DNA from: Pristiophorus japonicus
Lineage: Eukaryota
Length of the DNA: 64,000 nucleotides
Direction: 5' to 3'
Assembly (NCBI RefSeq): GCF_044704955.1
Contig: NC_091984.1
Span: 147,126,001-147,190,000 of the forward strand
The notes beneath the pieces were generated by a model. That model saw only the letters and a program-made list of their open reading frames with translations, was not told where the DNA came from and made no database searches. Positions 36,216-49,194 of this stretch are shown here, piece by piece. The translations under genes were made by a program, and so were the position numbers. The first letter of the stretch is position 1; every line of letters begins with the position of its first letter.

Positions 36216-36925
36216 CCCTCAGTGCAGCCCCATCGACAGTGCGGCACTCCCTCAGTACTGCCCATCTGACAGTGCAGCACTCCCTCAGTACTGCCCATCT
36301 GACAGTGTGGCACTCCCTCACTACTGCTCCACCGACAGTGCAGCACTCCCTCAGTAATGCCCCTCCGACAGTGCAGCAATCCCTCAGGACGGCCCCTCCG
36401 ACAGTGCAGCACTCCCTCAGTACTGCCCCACCGACAGTGCAGCAGTCCCTCAGTACTGCCCCTCCGACAGTGCAGCACTCCCTCAGTGCTGCCCCTCCGA
36501 CAGTGCAGCAGTCCTTCAGTACTGCCCCTCTGACAGTGCAGCACTCACTCAGTGCTGCCCCTCCGACAGTGCAGCACTCCTTCAGTACTACCCCTCTGAC
36601 AGTGCAGCGCTCCCTCAGTACTGCCCCTCCGACAGTGCAGCACTCCCTCAGGACTGCCCCTCCAACAGTGCAGCACTCCCTCAGTACGGCCCCTCCAACA
36701 GTGCAGCGCTCCCTCAGTACTGCCCCTCTGACAGTGTGGCACTCCCTCAGTACTGCTCCTCCGACAGTGCAGCACTCCCTCAGGACTGCCCCTGTGACAG
36801 TGCAGCACTCCCTCAGTAATGCCCCTCCCACAGTGCAGCGCTCCCTCAGTACTGCCCCACTGACAGTGCAGCACTCCCTCAGTACTGCCCCTCTGACAGT
36901 GCAGCACTCCCTCAGGACTGCACAG
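36216..36925. repeat. 33-bp minisatellite CAGTGCAGCACTCCCTCAGTACTGCCCCTCCGA
   Basis: About 21 tandem copies. The unit resembles SINE sequence at 39818-39855. Confidence 0.95.
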
Positions 36926-38537
36926 TAGTGTATGTCTTTATTTTACACTCAGGTCCCTAGAGTGGGGCTTGAACCCACGATACAACATTGCATCACTGGA
37001 TGCCGCACAGTCTGAGCTGTGAGTCTTATCCCGACCTCGGTTGGAACAACTAACTCAGAACAAACAACAACAGCAACTTTTATACAGCACCTTTAACACA
37101 GTAAAACTCCCCGAGCGCTTCACAGGAGCGTTATAGAATAAAGATTGACAGCGAGCCACGAAAGGAGACATTGAAAATTGCAGCTCAGTCAAATTGTGAG
37201 GGAAATTGGCAGTGCTGTCTTCATACCAAAAGGGGGCGATGTTGGTTCTGAAAAGACCAAATTTTAGGACAATTTCTGTGTCACTCAATTGATTGGTTTG
37301 TAAAACCCGTTTGTACCAAACCTCCAGTCAGGTTTGCAGAATCATTTCCAGTTCCCCACGTGTCATTTGATGGTGGATCTCAGCGTGTATCTCCTCGTCC
37401 GCACGTGAGGCGGTGTCTCAGACCGATTGGTGGGTCAGCAGCCACTCCGCACTGCAGCGAGCATCGGCAAGCCATTCCACTGTGGAAGGCCTCACCGTGG
37501 AGCTCGGTGCACGGGGTATATCCACACAGAGATGCTCTGCCGCCAGGTACAGCAGCAACAACCTGCATTGCTATAGCAACTGGAACATTAGAACAACATC
37601 CCGAGGCAGCTGACAGAGGCGTAATCTGGTCAAAGTGGTGCTGAGCCAAAGGGGGAGGGGCTGGGAGGAGGATCAAAACCCTCAGTCACAGATTGGGTTT
37701 GAAGGGAGGTCTTTAAAGAGGAGAGGGGTGGAGTGGCAGAGAGGTTTAGGGAGCAGGGAGTTAGGGCCCAGGCCCAGGCAGCTGAAGGCATTGCCCCCCA
37801 ATGGAGGGGGAAGGGAAGGGGGGTTGGATAAGAAGCCTGAGCCAGATACAGTGGCCCCTGAACACAACAACAACTTGCATTTATATAGCGAGTGTTGTGA
37901 CAATGACAGACAGTGAGAATATAACCCTGATAATGTAACACAGTATTTGCAGCACTTGACACTGTGGGGAAAGCTTGCAATTTTAAATCCATGAGCTGTG
38001 CATCAGCGAGAGCAGAACCTGTTTGTGGCCGGTGCCACAGTGACCTCCTGTACTAGTTTCCATCGCCCGGGGGTGGGTGGGCGTCGGAGAGGAGTTTTCC
38101 AGATTTATTTCCCCTAATGGGTTTTTTATCTGTTTTTTTGCCTCTCCCAGGAGATCAGGTAGTTTTGGGTGGGGTGGAGAGTCGAGACTGTGATACACAA
38201 GGTATCACAATTGTGTGGGACAGGCTGGATGGGCCACAGGGTCTTTACCTGTCCGTCACTGTCCGCGGGTTTGGGTTTCAAAGATGTAGAGCTGAATTGG
38301 AAAGAAAAACTTGCATTTATATAGCGCCTTTCACCACCTCAGGACGTCCCAAAGCGCTTTACAGCCAATGAATTAATTTTGAAGTGTAGTCACTGCGGTA
38401 ATGGAGGAGACACGACAGACAGTTTGTGCACAGCAAGCTCCCACATGTGACTGTGACCAGATAATGGGCCCAAATTGCGTATCGCCCCGGTTGGGGCGGT
38501 AACTTTTCCCACGCCCATTCCCGCCGCGGAAGCGAAA

Positions 38538-39695
38538 CGGCTCACGGGGAGCGGACACTGCTCACGGGGAACGGACACGGCTCACGGGGTGTGGATAAGG
38601 CTCACGGGGAACGGACACGGTTCACGGGGTGCGGACACGGCTCACGGGGAACGGACACGGCTCACGGGGAACGGACACGGCTCACGGGGAGCGGACACGG
38701 CTCACGGGGAACGGACACGGCTCACGGGGAACGGACACGGCTCACGGGGTGTGGACACGGTTCACGGGGTGTGGACACAGTTCACGGAGAACGGACATGG
38801 CTCACGGGGAGCGGACATGGCTCACGGGGTGCAGACACGGCTCACGGGGAGCGGACATGGCTCACGGGGTGCAGACACGGCTCACGGGGTGCGGACGCGG
38901 CTCACGGGGAGCGGACATGGCTCAGGGGGTGCGGTCATGGCTCACGGGGTGCAGACACGGCTCACAGGGAGCGGACATGGCTCACGGGGTGCGGACGCAG
39001 CTCACGGGGAACGGACGCGGCTCACGGGGTGCGGACGCGGCTCACAGGGAGCGGACATGGCACACGGGGTGCGGACGCGGCTCACGGGGAACGGACACGG
39101 CTCACGGGGTGCTATCCATTTCGCTTCTCTGCTAAATTCCGCGGGAGCTGGTAGCACCGCCCACCCTCCCCCGGCCCCGCCTCCAGGGAAAACACTGTCA
39201 CATCCCGTTAGCGCTGCAGGCGACGAGTGTCGGACTGCACCATCGCGGCACCGAACCCACCACATCGGCACAGAAAGCCCCGACCGGGAAGTCGGCAATA
39301 ACAAGAGCGAAGTGCGGCCCGTTTCGTGACCCACAGGCCTCGCGTGGACACGGCTCACGGGGCGCGGTCACAGCTCACGGGGCGCGGACACGACTCACGG
39401 CGCGCGGTCACGGCTCACGGAGCGTGGTCACGGCTCACGGGGTGCGGTCACGGCTCACGGGGTGTGGACACGGCTCACGGGGCGTGGACACGACTCACGG
39501 GGCGAGGACACGGCTCACGGGGTGTGGACACGGCTCACGGGGCGCGGTCACGACTCCCGGGGCGAGGACACGGCTCACGATGCGTGGACACGGCTCACGG
39601 GGCGCGGACACGGCTCACGGGGCGCGGACATGACTCACGGGGCGTGGACACGACTCACGGGGCGTGGACACGGCTCACGGGGTGTGGTCACGACT
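38538..39695. repeat. Two arrays of a 20-bp CpG-rich minisatellite (CGGCTCACGGGGAACGGACA) at 38538-39112 and 39345-39695
   Basis: Strict 20-nt periodicity. The arrays lie in an insertion starting GGGCCC near 38466 that splits a SINE. Confidence 0.93.
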
Positions 39696-40099
39696 GATTG
39701 AGGGATAAATATTGGACGGGACACCGGGGAGAATGCCCCTGCTCTCCTTCAAAATAGTGGCATGGGATCATTAACGTCTGCCTGAGAGAGCAGAAAAACC
39801 TCTTGCCTGAAAGACAGCCCCTCCAACAGTGCGGCACGCCCTCAGTACTGCACTGGGACTGTCAGTCTAGATTTCTGAGCTTAGTATCTGGGGTGTGACC
39901 CACAACCTTCGGACTCAGAGGTGAGTGTGCTGCCCATTGAGCCACAGCTGACTGAGTTGAAAACTTAAGGCCCATTAATGGCCCATCGATGGTGTTCGCC
40001 CTCACTGGGGTGAATAAATCCAGAAATTATGGCCTGAATGATGTAGGCCAGACCATTATTTGCTTTTTTTAAATTTTAATTTATTTCTGCTAAGTTAGT

Positions 40100-43000
40100 T
40101 CTCAGTCTATTAAATAGAGGCATTGCAGGGCAGTTCTGTCCCATGGAGAGCACATCCTGTGCCATGTGGGAAGTCCTGAACACTTCTCGTGGCCTGGACG
40201 ACCACATGTGCAGGAAGTGTCACCAGCTACAGCAACTCGAGCTCCGCCTTTCGGAGATTGAGCGGCGGCTGGAGTCACTGCGGTGCATCCGCGAGGCTGA
40301 GAACTTCGTGGATAGCACGTTTCTAGAGGTGGCCAGAGAGTGCAGGCAGAGAGGGAATGGGTGACCACCAGACAGAAGAGGAGGTCCAGGCAGGTAGTGC
40401 AGGAGTCCCCTGAGTCCATCTCGCTCTCCAACCAATATTGTGTTCTGAGTACTGGTGGGGGCGATGGTTCCTCCAGGAAGTGCAGCCAGAGCCAAGTCCA
40501 CGGCACCACGGGTGGCCCAGCTGCACAGGGGGGAGGAAGAAGAGTGGAAGAGCAATAGTGGTAGGGGATTCGATAGTTAGGGGAACAGACAGGTATTTCT
40601 GCGGTCGCAGACGTGACCCCAGGATGGTATGTTGCCTCCCTGATGCGAGGGTCAAGGATGTCACTGAGTGGCTGCAGTACATTCTGAGCGGGAGAGTGAA
40701 CAGCCAGAGGTTGTGGTCCATATTGGTACCAATGACATAGGTAGAAAGAGGGATAAGGTCCTACAGGCAGAGTTTAGGGAGCTAGGAGAGAGATTAAACA
40801 GTAAGACCTCAAAGGTAGTAATCTCCGGATTAGTCCCGGTGCCACGTGCTAGTGAGTACAGAAATAGGAGGATAGAGCAGATGAATGCGTGGCTGGAGAG
40901 ATGGTGCAGGAGGGAGAGCTTTAGTTTCCTGAGGCATTGGGACCGTTTCTGAGGGAGGTGGGACCTGTACAAGACGGACGGGTTACACCTCAACAGAGCC
41001 GGGACCAATATCCTCGCGGGGGGGGTTTGCTAGTGTTGTTGGGGAGGGTTTAAACTAGCTTGGCAGGGGAATGGGAACCGGAGAATGGATTCAGTGGGGA
41101 GAGAAGCAAAGCTGGAATTAGAAAGCAGAAAAGTAGAAAGTGAATTTAGAATATAGAGGAAACAAACCTAGAAATTAGACAACAAGGCAGTTTGGCAGTG
41201 CTAAATGGGATATACTTCAATGCAAGGAGTATAGGGAATAAGGCAGATGAGCTGAGAGCACAGATAGACACTTGGGAGTCCGATATTATAGCTATTACTG
41301 AGACATGGCTGAAAGAAGGGCAGGTATGGCAGCTCAATATTCCTGGTTACAGGGTTTTCAGGCGGGATAGAGAGGGAGTAAAAAAGGAGAGGGTTCTGAA
41401 TCAATTGAAAGAAACAATTGCAGCTGTGAGGAGGGATGATATGTCTGAAGGATCATCAAATGAGGCCATATAGGTCAAATTGAAGAACGAAAAAGGGGTA
41501 ATCACACTGCTTGGAGTGTACTATAGACCCCCAAACAGTCATAGGGAGAGAGAAGAGCAAATATGTAGGCACATTTCTGATAAGTTACAAAAACTATAAG
41601 GCAGTAATAGTCGGGGATTTCAACTGCCCTAATATTAACTGCGATAAAATTAGTGTGAAAAGTATAGACGGCACGGAATTCCTAAAATTCATTCAGGAGA
41701 ATTTTTTTAGCCAGTATGTAACAAGCCCAACAAGGGAGGGGACGGTTCTGGACTTGGTTTTGGGGAATGTAGAGGGGCAGGTGGAAGGGGTATCAGTGGC
41801 AGAGCATTTTGGTGCCAGTGATCATAATTCAGTTAGATTTAGTGTAGTTATGGAAAAGGACAAAGGTAGACCAGGAATAAAGGTTCTCAATTGGGGAAAA
41901 GCAATTTTGCTGAGCTGAAATGAGATTTGGCCAAAGTGGACTGGAAATGGCTACTTGAAGGTAAATTAGTGTCAGAGCAGTGGGAGGCATTCAAGGAGGA
42001 GATCCTGCGGTTTCAGAGTAAGTCTGTTCCCTTAAAGAAAAAGGGTGGGACTAACAAATCTAGAGGCCCCTGGATGTCAAGGGAAATACAGTGTAGGATA
42101 AAGTAAAAAAGGGAGGCTTATGACAGATACCGAGGGCTCAATACTGCAGGAACTTTAGAGTGGTATAGAAAGTGCAGGGGTGCAATTAAAAAGGAAATTA
42201 GGAAAGCAAAGTGAGAGCATGAAAACATTTTGGCAAGTAAAATCAAGGAAAACCCAAAGATGTTTTATAAATACATTACGAGCAGGAGGATAGCTAAAGA
42301 AAGAGTTGGGCCTATTAGAGACCATAAAGGTAATCTGTGTGTGGAGGCGTAAGACGTGGGTTTGGTTCTTAATGAATACTTTGCGTCTGTTTTCACAAAA
42401 GAGAGGTGTGATGCAGACATTGCAATCAGGGAGGAGGTGTGTGAAATATTAGATGAAATAAACATAGTGAGAGAGGAAGTATTAAGGGGCTCAGCAGCTT
42501 TGAAGTTGGATAAATCCCCCAGTCCGAATTAAATGTATCCCAAGCTGTTTAGAGGATCAAAAGAGGAAATAGCAGAGGCTCTGACCAAAACTTTCCAATC
42601 CTCTTTGGCGACAGGTGTGGTGCCGGAGGACTGCTAATGTGGTACCTTTGTTTAAAAAGGGAGAAAGGGATAGACCGAGTAATTATAGAGCAGTCAGCCT
42701 AACTTCATGGTGGGAAAATTATTGGAAGAAATTCTGAGAGACAGGTTAAATCTTCATTTAGAAAGACTCGGATTAATCAAGAAGTCAGCATGGATTTGTT
42801 AAGGGAAGATCGTCTCTGACTAACTTAATTGAATTCATCGAGGCAGTAATAAGGAAGATCGAAGATCGTATGATGTAGTGTACATGGATTTTATCAAGAC
42901 TTTTGAAAAGGTCCCAAATGGTAGACTGGTCACGAAAGTAAAAGCCCATGCGATCCAGGGCAAAGTTGCAAGTTGGATCCAAAATTAGCTCAGAGGCAGG

Positions 43001-43405
43001 AAGCAAAGGGTAATGGTTGATGGGTGTTTTTGTGACTGGAACGATGTTTCCAGTGGGGTTCCGCAGGGCTCAGTACAAGGTCCCTTGCTTTTTGTGGTAT
43101 TTTTCACCGATTTAGACTTAAATGTCGGGGTATGATGTAGAAGTTTGCAGATGATACTAAAATCGGCCGATTGGCTGATAATGAAGAAGAAAGCTGCAGA
43201 CTGCAGGAAGATATCAATGAAATGGTCAGGTGGGCAGAACAGTGGTATATCGAGTTTAATCCAGAGATGTGTGAGGTAATGCATTTGGGGAGGTCTAACA
43301 AGGCAAGGGAATACACATTAAATGGTGGGACACTGAGAGGTGCAGAGGAACAAAGGGATCTTGGTTTGCATGTCCACAGATCCCTGAAGGTAGCAGGCCA
43401 GGAAG
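40100..43405 (+). mobile_element. Near full-length degraded CR1 LINE (ORF1 zinc finger plus SGNH esterase; ORF2 APE plus RT)
   Basis: VVGDSIVRG and VHIGTND in ORF1; FNARS, ITETWL, VGDFN and KFADD in ORF2. Confidence 0.93.
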
Positions 43406-43837
43406 ATGGGTTTTTACGACAATCCGGCAGTTTCCTGGTCACCATTACTGACACTAGCTTTTTATTCCAGATTTATTTAATTAACTGAATTTAAATTGCC
43501 AGCTGCCATGGTGGGATTTGAACTCGTGTCTCTGGATCATTAGTCCAGGCCATAGTAATCCATAGCTCTTTCAAAGAGCCAGCACTGGTTTGATGGGCCG
43601 AATCACCTCCCTCTATGCTGTGAGATGCTGTGATTCAGGAGCGGGGCTCCAGCTAGCGTAGGCAATGTGGGTTCAAGGGTTGAAAGCAGGGGTTTGGGTG
43701 GAGCCCATATAGATATACCACAAGGGGGCGCTACATCATCGATTGATCCAATTATTGGCAGCGGGGAAACCGGGGACGGAAATAGCTTCAATAAAATGTA
43801 TGCTGTGACTTTTAAAGTGGTCAACACCACCAGCACG

Positions 43838-44600
43838 ATCATAGAATCATAGAAAATTACAGCACGGAAGGAGGGCATTTCGGCCCATCGTGTCCGCGCC
43901 GGCCAACAAAGAGCTACCCAGCCTAATCCCACTTTCCAGCTCTGGGTCCGTAGCCCTGTGGGTTATGGCACTTGAAGTGCACATCCAAGTGAGTGTTTCT
44001 GTCTCTACCACCCTTTCAGGAAGTGAGTTCCAGACCCCCACCACCCTCTGGGTGAAGAATTGTTTCCTCATCTCCCTCCTAAATCTTCCACCAATTACTT
44101 AAAATCTATGCCCCCTGGTTGTTGACCCCTCTGCTAAGGGAAATGGATCCACTCTATCTCGACCCCTCATCATTTTATACACCTCAATAAGGTCTCCCCT
44201 CAGCCTCCTCTGTTCCAAGGAAAACATCCCGAGCAGATCCAATCTTTCCTCACAGCTAAAATTCTCCAGTCCTGGCAACATCCTCGTGAATCTGCTCTGT
44301 ACCCTCTCTAGTGCAATCACATCTTTCCTGTAATGTGGTGACCAGAACTGTATGCAGTACTCTAGCTGTGGCCTGACGAGTGTTTCATACAGTTCAAGCA
44401 TAACCTCCCTGCTCTTGTATTCTATGCCTCGGCTAATAAAGGCAAATATTCTGAGTGCCTTTTTAACCACCTTATCGACCTGGCCTGCTACCTTCAGGGA
44501 TCTGTGGACATGCACTCTAAGGTCCCTCCGTTCCTCCACCCCTCTCAGTACCCTCCCATTTACGTGCATTCCCTTGCCTTGTTGTCCCTCCCCAAATGCA
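43838..44600 (-). mobile_element. CR1 LINE 3' fragment (paralog of 8960-9725)
   Basis: ORF 44099-44569 contains RPQLEYCIQFWSP. Confidence 0.9.
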
Positions 44601-44871
44601 TTAGAACAAGGCTGCAGTTAGAGCAGCCTTTCCACCCGCTGACAGCACTCACTGAGTCTGACTCATGGCATCGATCAGCTGGACATTGATCTGGAAACAC
44701 CAGCCCCCTGGTGAGGGAATCAAGGCTCTGATGGGACTGATAAAAGTCTAGATGAGGTTGCGGAGAGGTGCACAGCTGCTGCTGGATACAATGAACAGGA
44801 GAAGGCTATTCAGCATTATTTACAATCTCTATTAATGACGAAGGGACTGAGTGTAAAGTAGCCAAATTTGC

Positions 44872-45390
44872 TGGGAGGACAGACGCACCAACATTAGTGG
44901 CCTCGACCAGGCCAACATTCTCAGCATTGAAGCACTGACCATACTTGATCAGTTCCACAGGGCAGGCCACATTGTCCACATGCCAGACACATGACCCCCA
45001 AAGCAAGCGCTCTACTTGGAACTCGTTCACAGCAAACGAGCCAAAGGTGGGCAGAAGAACGTTACAAGGACACCCTCAAAGCCTCCCTGATAAAGTGCAA
45101 CATCCCCACTGACACCTGGGAGTGCCTGGCCAAAGATCATCCTAAGTGGAGGAAGTGTATCCGGGAGGGAGCTGAGCACTTCGAGTCTCTTCGCTGAGAG
45201 CGTGCAGAAATCAAGTGCAGGCAGCGGAAGGAACGTGCAGCAAACCTGTCCCACCCTCCCTTACCCTCAGTGACTGTCTGTCCCACCTGTGGCAGGGACT
45301 GTGGTTCTCGTATTGGACTGTTCAGTCACCTAACGACTCATTTTAAGATTGGAAGCAAGTCTTCCTCGATTCCGAGGGACTGCCTATGAT
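44872..45390 (+). mobile_element. RTE-type LINE 3' fragment inserted in CR1
   Basis: RYKDTLKASLIKCNIPTDTWECLAKDHPKWR, a C-terminal C2H2-like motif and a GATGAT tail. Confidence 0.75.
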
Positions 45391-45911
45391 GGTGGCTGGG
45401 AAAGCAAATTGTGAGGAGGACACTAAAAATCTGCAAAGGGATATAGACAGGCTCAGTGAGTGGGCAAAACGTTGGCAGATGGAGTATAATGTGGGAAAAT
45501 GTGAGGTTATCCATTTGGCAAAAAGAATAGGAAAGCAATTTATTTTTTTAAAAGGAGAAAACTTGCAAACTGCTTCAGTACAGAGGGACCTGGGGGACCT
45601 GGTGCATGAAACACAAAAAGTTAGTATGCAGGTACAGTAAGTGTTCAGGAAAGCCAATGGAATGTTGTCCTTTATTGTCAGGGGGATGGAGTATAAAAGC
45701 AGAGATGTCCTGCTACATCTGTACAGGGTATTGGTGAGACTCCCTGAGAACACCCCCCTGATCACCCTGGTCCCCACCGTTCCACACAAGGTCAGCCCCT
45801 GATCATCGCCCTGGTCACCCCTCCACTCCCCTCCTCCCCCACAGTCCCCTAAAGACCTCCGACATCCCCAGGAGCTGGAGCATCACCGCGGAGCACTCCT
45901 CAGGCCGACAT

Positions 45912-46640
45912 AACAGTGCTGGGTAACACTCACACACACACACACCTACAGAGGGTGCTGGGTAACACTCACACACACACACACCTACAGAGGGTGCTGG
46001 GTAACACACACACACATACACACACACACACCTACAGAGGGTGCTGGGTAACACACACACACATACACACACACACACCTACAGAGGGTGCTGGGTAACA
46101 GTCACACACACACATACACACCTACAGAGGGTGCCTGGGTAACAGTCACACACACACACACCTACAGAGGGTGCTGGGTAACAGTCACACACACACACCT
46201 ACAGAGGGTGCTGGGTAACAGTCACATACACACCTACAGAGGGTGCTGGGTAACACACACACACACACACCTACAGAGGGTGCTGGGTAACACTCACACA
46301 TAGGAGGTGGGTGGGGTGGCCTGACCCATCCACCTCCATGGCACGAACCTGGTATTGCAGTACTTCCAGGAACAGTGCTTGGGCTCTAGGCCTTTTGGCG
46401 AAGAGCATTAGCGCAGGGTGATCCTTGATGTGTGCAAGGTGACCTCTGGCGTTTGTGATCTGACAAAGAATTGGAAAGATTGGCTACGAAAAATAAAAAA
46501 AAAACACACACACACACACCTACAGAGGGTGCTGGGTAACAGTCACACACACATCTACACACACACCTACAGAGGGTGCTGGGTGACAGAGAGGGTGCTG
46601 GGTAACAGACACACACACACCTACAGGCGGTGCTGGGTAA
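45912..46640. repeat. CA-microsatellite-containing minisatellite (CCTACAGAGGGTGCTGGGTAA(CA)n)
   Basis: More than 10 units. A shorter paralog lies at 11880-12010. Confidence 0.9.
46300..46504 (+). mobile_element. U2 snRNA-derived poly(A) retroposon, copy 2
   Basis: Colinear with 28469-28734: CCTGGTATTGCAGTACTTCCAGG, GGCCTTTTGGCGAAGA, the same 3' tail and an A-run. Confidence 0.85.
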
Positions 46641-47216
46641 GCCACACTAACACTCAGGGGCATGTACACGGTGATACACTGACTGCTCCTCTCCCTAAGC
46701 TGAGGCCTCACTCGGGACAGTTTTGTGCTGCTGCCACGAGCCACACGTTAAGGAGAGAGAATGCAACGTTGTGACTGTGGCCTCCTGCCCCCAGATTGCC
46801 CCCAGCAATCAGCACAGAGTGCACAGTGCGATCCCACCATGTGCAGAGTGAGAGCCAATGCTCAGACTGGGAGGGTTTAATCCCAGCAGCTTTTAGTGTC
46901 TCTGTGTTTAATCTTGTGCACTCCAGGGGTTCGTGCTAAAATTTATCGTTTCAAAATGATTGATAATTGGCTTTGAATCAAATCTCCTGCTGACGTGAAA
47001 TTGATTGACAGCCCACCCAGCCAATCAGGACAGACACTTACTGAAATGCAGCCAATCCAGCTGAGGGGGAGGTGGGACATTTCCAAAGCACTCGCCAGAC
47101 ACAGACTGAATATTCTTCACGTTTATTGTCTTTTACAGATTCACATTTACAGAAACAAGACTTGAATAAACAGCCCAGCGAGAGCGAGCTGGAGACATTC
47201 ACAGGGAGAATGCAGC

Positions 47217-47222
47217 TTTATT
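47217..47222 (-). terminator. Likely polyadenylation signal of the Ig C transcript
   Basis: AATAAA on the minus strand about 430 nt after the C stop codon; a second at 47122-47127. Confidence 0.55.
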
Positions 47223-47652
47223 AAAACAGTTGTGGGGATTTTCTCCACACCCTGAGAATCCTGTCCCTTTAAACGGAGACAAAACCTTGAATTGCAACAG
47301 CAGGGTGAGCAGGGAGGGGGTCTGCTTACTGAAGCGGCACTTCGCAATTTAACATTAGTTTTACTCTGCTGACAGTCTTCAGCATCTTCGAGAGGTTTTA
47401 CTTGGCAGCACGAGTCAACACTGTCCCATCAAACCCTCCCAGGGCAGGTACAGCACGGGTTAGATACAGAGTAAAGCTCCCTCTACACTGCCCCAATAAT
47501 GTGCCTTACCCCCTGACCCTCAGATGCTTTCCCTGACCCAGTCCCGAGAAGGAAGAGATCAGAAATGCAGTGCTGACAATGACCTTTGGCCTCCCGGCTC
47601 ACTCCCTGTTCTATTTAAAGTTGCGTCTCCCCCGCGGACTGTCCCTGACACA

Positions 47653-47963
47653 CTACGCACATTCTGCTCTCCTGACGCCCTTGCTGAGGGGAGAGGAGAG
47701 GCTCTCTTGGGTGAGGCTGCAGGAGAAGCTGGCGTTGGACTCCCAGTCGGAGCCAGAGAGGGTCAGCAGGCTGCTGACACTGTAGGTGTTGTCCGAAGCT
47801 CGCAGGTAGTCCGAAATGGTCGCCCCGTCCTTCTTCCACTCCACCTCCACCGCATCGGGGTAGAAGTGATCGGCGAGGCACACCAGGGTGGCAGTGCCCT
47901 TGGTCGTGACCTCCTCCGGGGAGGGGGGCAGCAGGGTCAGCGTGGGTGGTGTCTTCCCTCGGC
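47653..47963 (-). CDS. IGKC: Ig light chain kappa-type constant exon
   Basis: CTTTCAG acceptor. Open frame RGKTPPTLTLLPPSPEEVTTKGTATLVCLADHFYPD..WKKDG..YSVSSLLTLS..FSCSLT..AECA*, with both domain Cys and the terminal Cys. Confidence 0.97.
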
Positions 47964-49194
47964 CTGAAAGGGAGGATAAGGATGTTTAACAGGTGTATAT
48001 TAGTCTGTGTGTGTGTCTGTGTGTGTCACTGTGGGTGTTTCCGTGTGTGGATAATTTACATCTGGTATCGGAGAGCTGGGTTAATGAACTCCTGGCTGGC
48101 GAGCAACACAAATTCTTAATCTTCTTTGCCTCGCTTGATAAGTTTTATCTAAATATAAATGCGTTTGATGTTAAGGTGATTAAAAAAAAGAAAGCCTTGC
48201 ATTTATATAGCGCCTTTCACAACCACCGGACATCTCAAAGCGCTTTACAGCCAATGAAGTACTTTTGGAGTGCAGTCACTGAAGCAATGTGGGAAACACA
48301 GCAGCCAATCTGTGCACAGCAAGCTCCCACAAACAGCGATGTGATAACGACCTGATAATCTGTTCTTTTGTCATGTTGGTTGAGGGATAAATATTGACCA
48401 GGACACCGGGGAGAACTCCCCTGCTCTTCTTCAAAATAGTGGCATGGGATCTTTTACATCCACCTGAGAGGGCAAACAGGGCCTCGGTTTAACATCTCAT
48501 CTGAAAGAGGACACTCCAACTGTGCTGCGCTCCCTCAGCACGACACTGCAGTGTCAGCCTAGATTTTTGTGCTCAAATCCCTAGAGTGGGACTTGAACCC
48601 ACAATCTTCTGACTCAGAGGCAAGAGTGCAACGCACTGAGCCACGGCTGATACTCAAAATCATATTGGACTGTTGTATAAACATCTGCAGTGCAGGGTTG
48701 GCACACATTCAGCACTGAATTGGTTAACAGTAAGAGTCGGTAAAGACTGAGTGTTCCGTTAAGACACTGTTCACTGGCAGGAAGCTCGAACTGTAGATGG
48801 GTGGATACAGGGGAAACAGGCTCAGCAGTGAGAAAGCTCAGATCACACACAGATCGGGAGAACTTTATCTGGGAACATTGCGGCACACTTGTATAAACAC
48901 ACTTCAGCAAGGCTTCATGTTGGGTGTCGGTGTAAAAGCTTCTAGATTGCATTTAAAAGCTTGCTGCCCAGCACCGGGGTGAGGTCAAGGGTGAGGCTAC
49001 AATTAGCCTCAGTGTACCAGGTTCAGGCAGGGTCACTGCTCCCAATGATCCCGTGACCTCCTGGAAGGTCAGAGTGCGCGGACAATGGGTGAGGGTCAGG
49101 ATCAGGGCCCTCCCACTTCAATGAAAGAAAGCCTTGAATTTATATAGCGCCTTTCACAATCTCAGGACGTCCCAAGGTGCTTTACAACCAATTG

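Noticed and set aside
36068-39701. Repetitive ORFs and CRISPR-like periodic arrays
   Set aside because: These are head-to-tail minisatellites without unique spacers, in a eukaryotic context with no cas genes.
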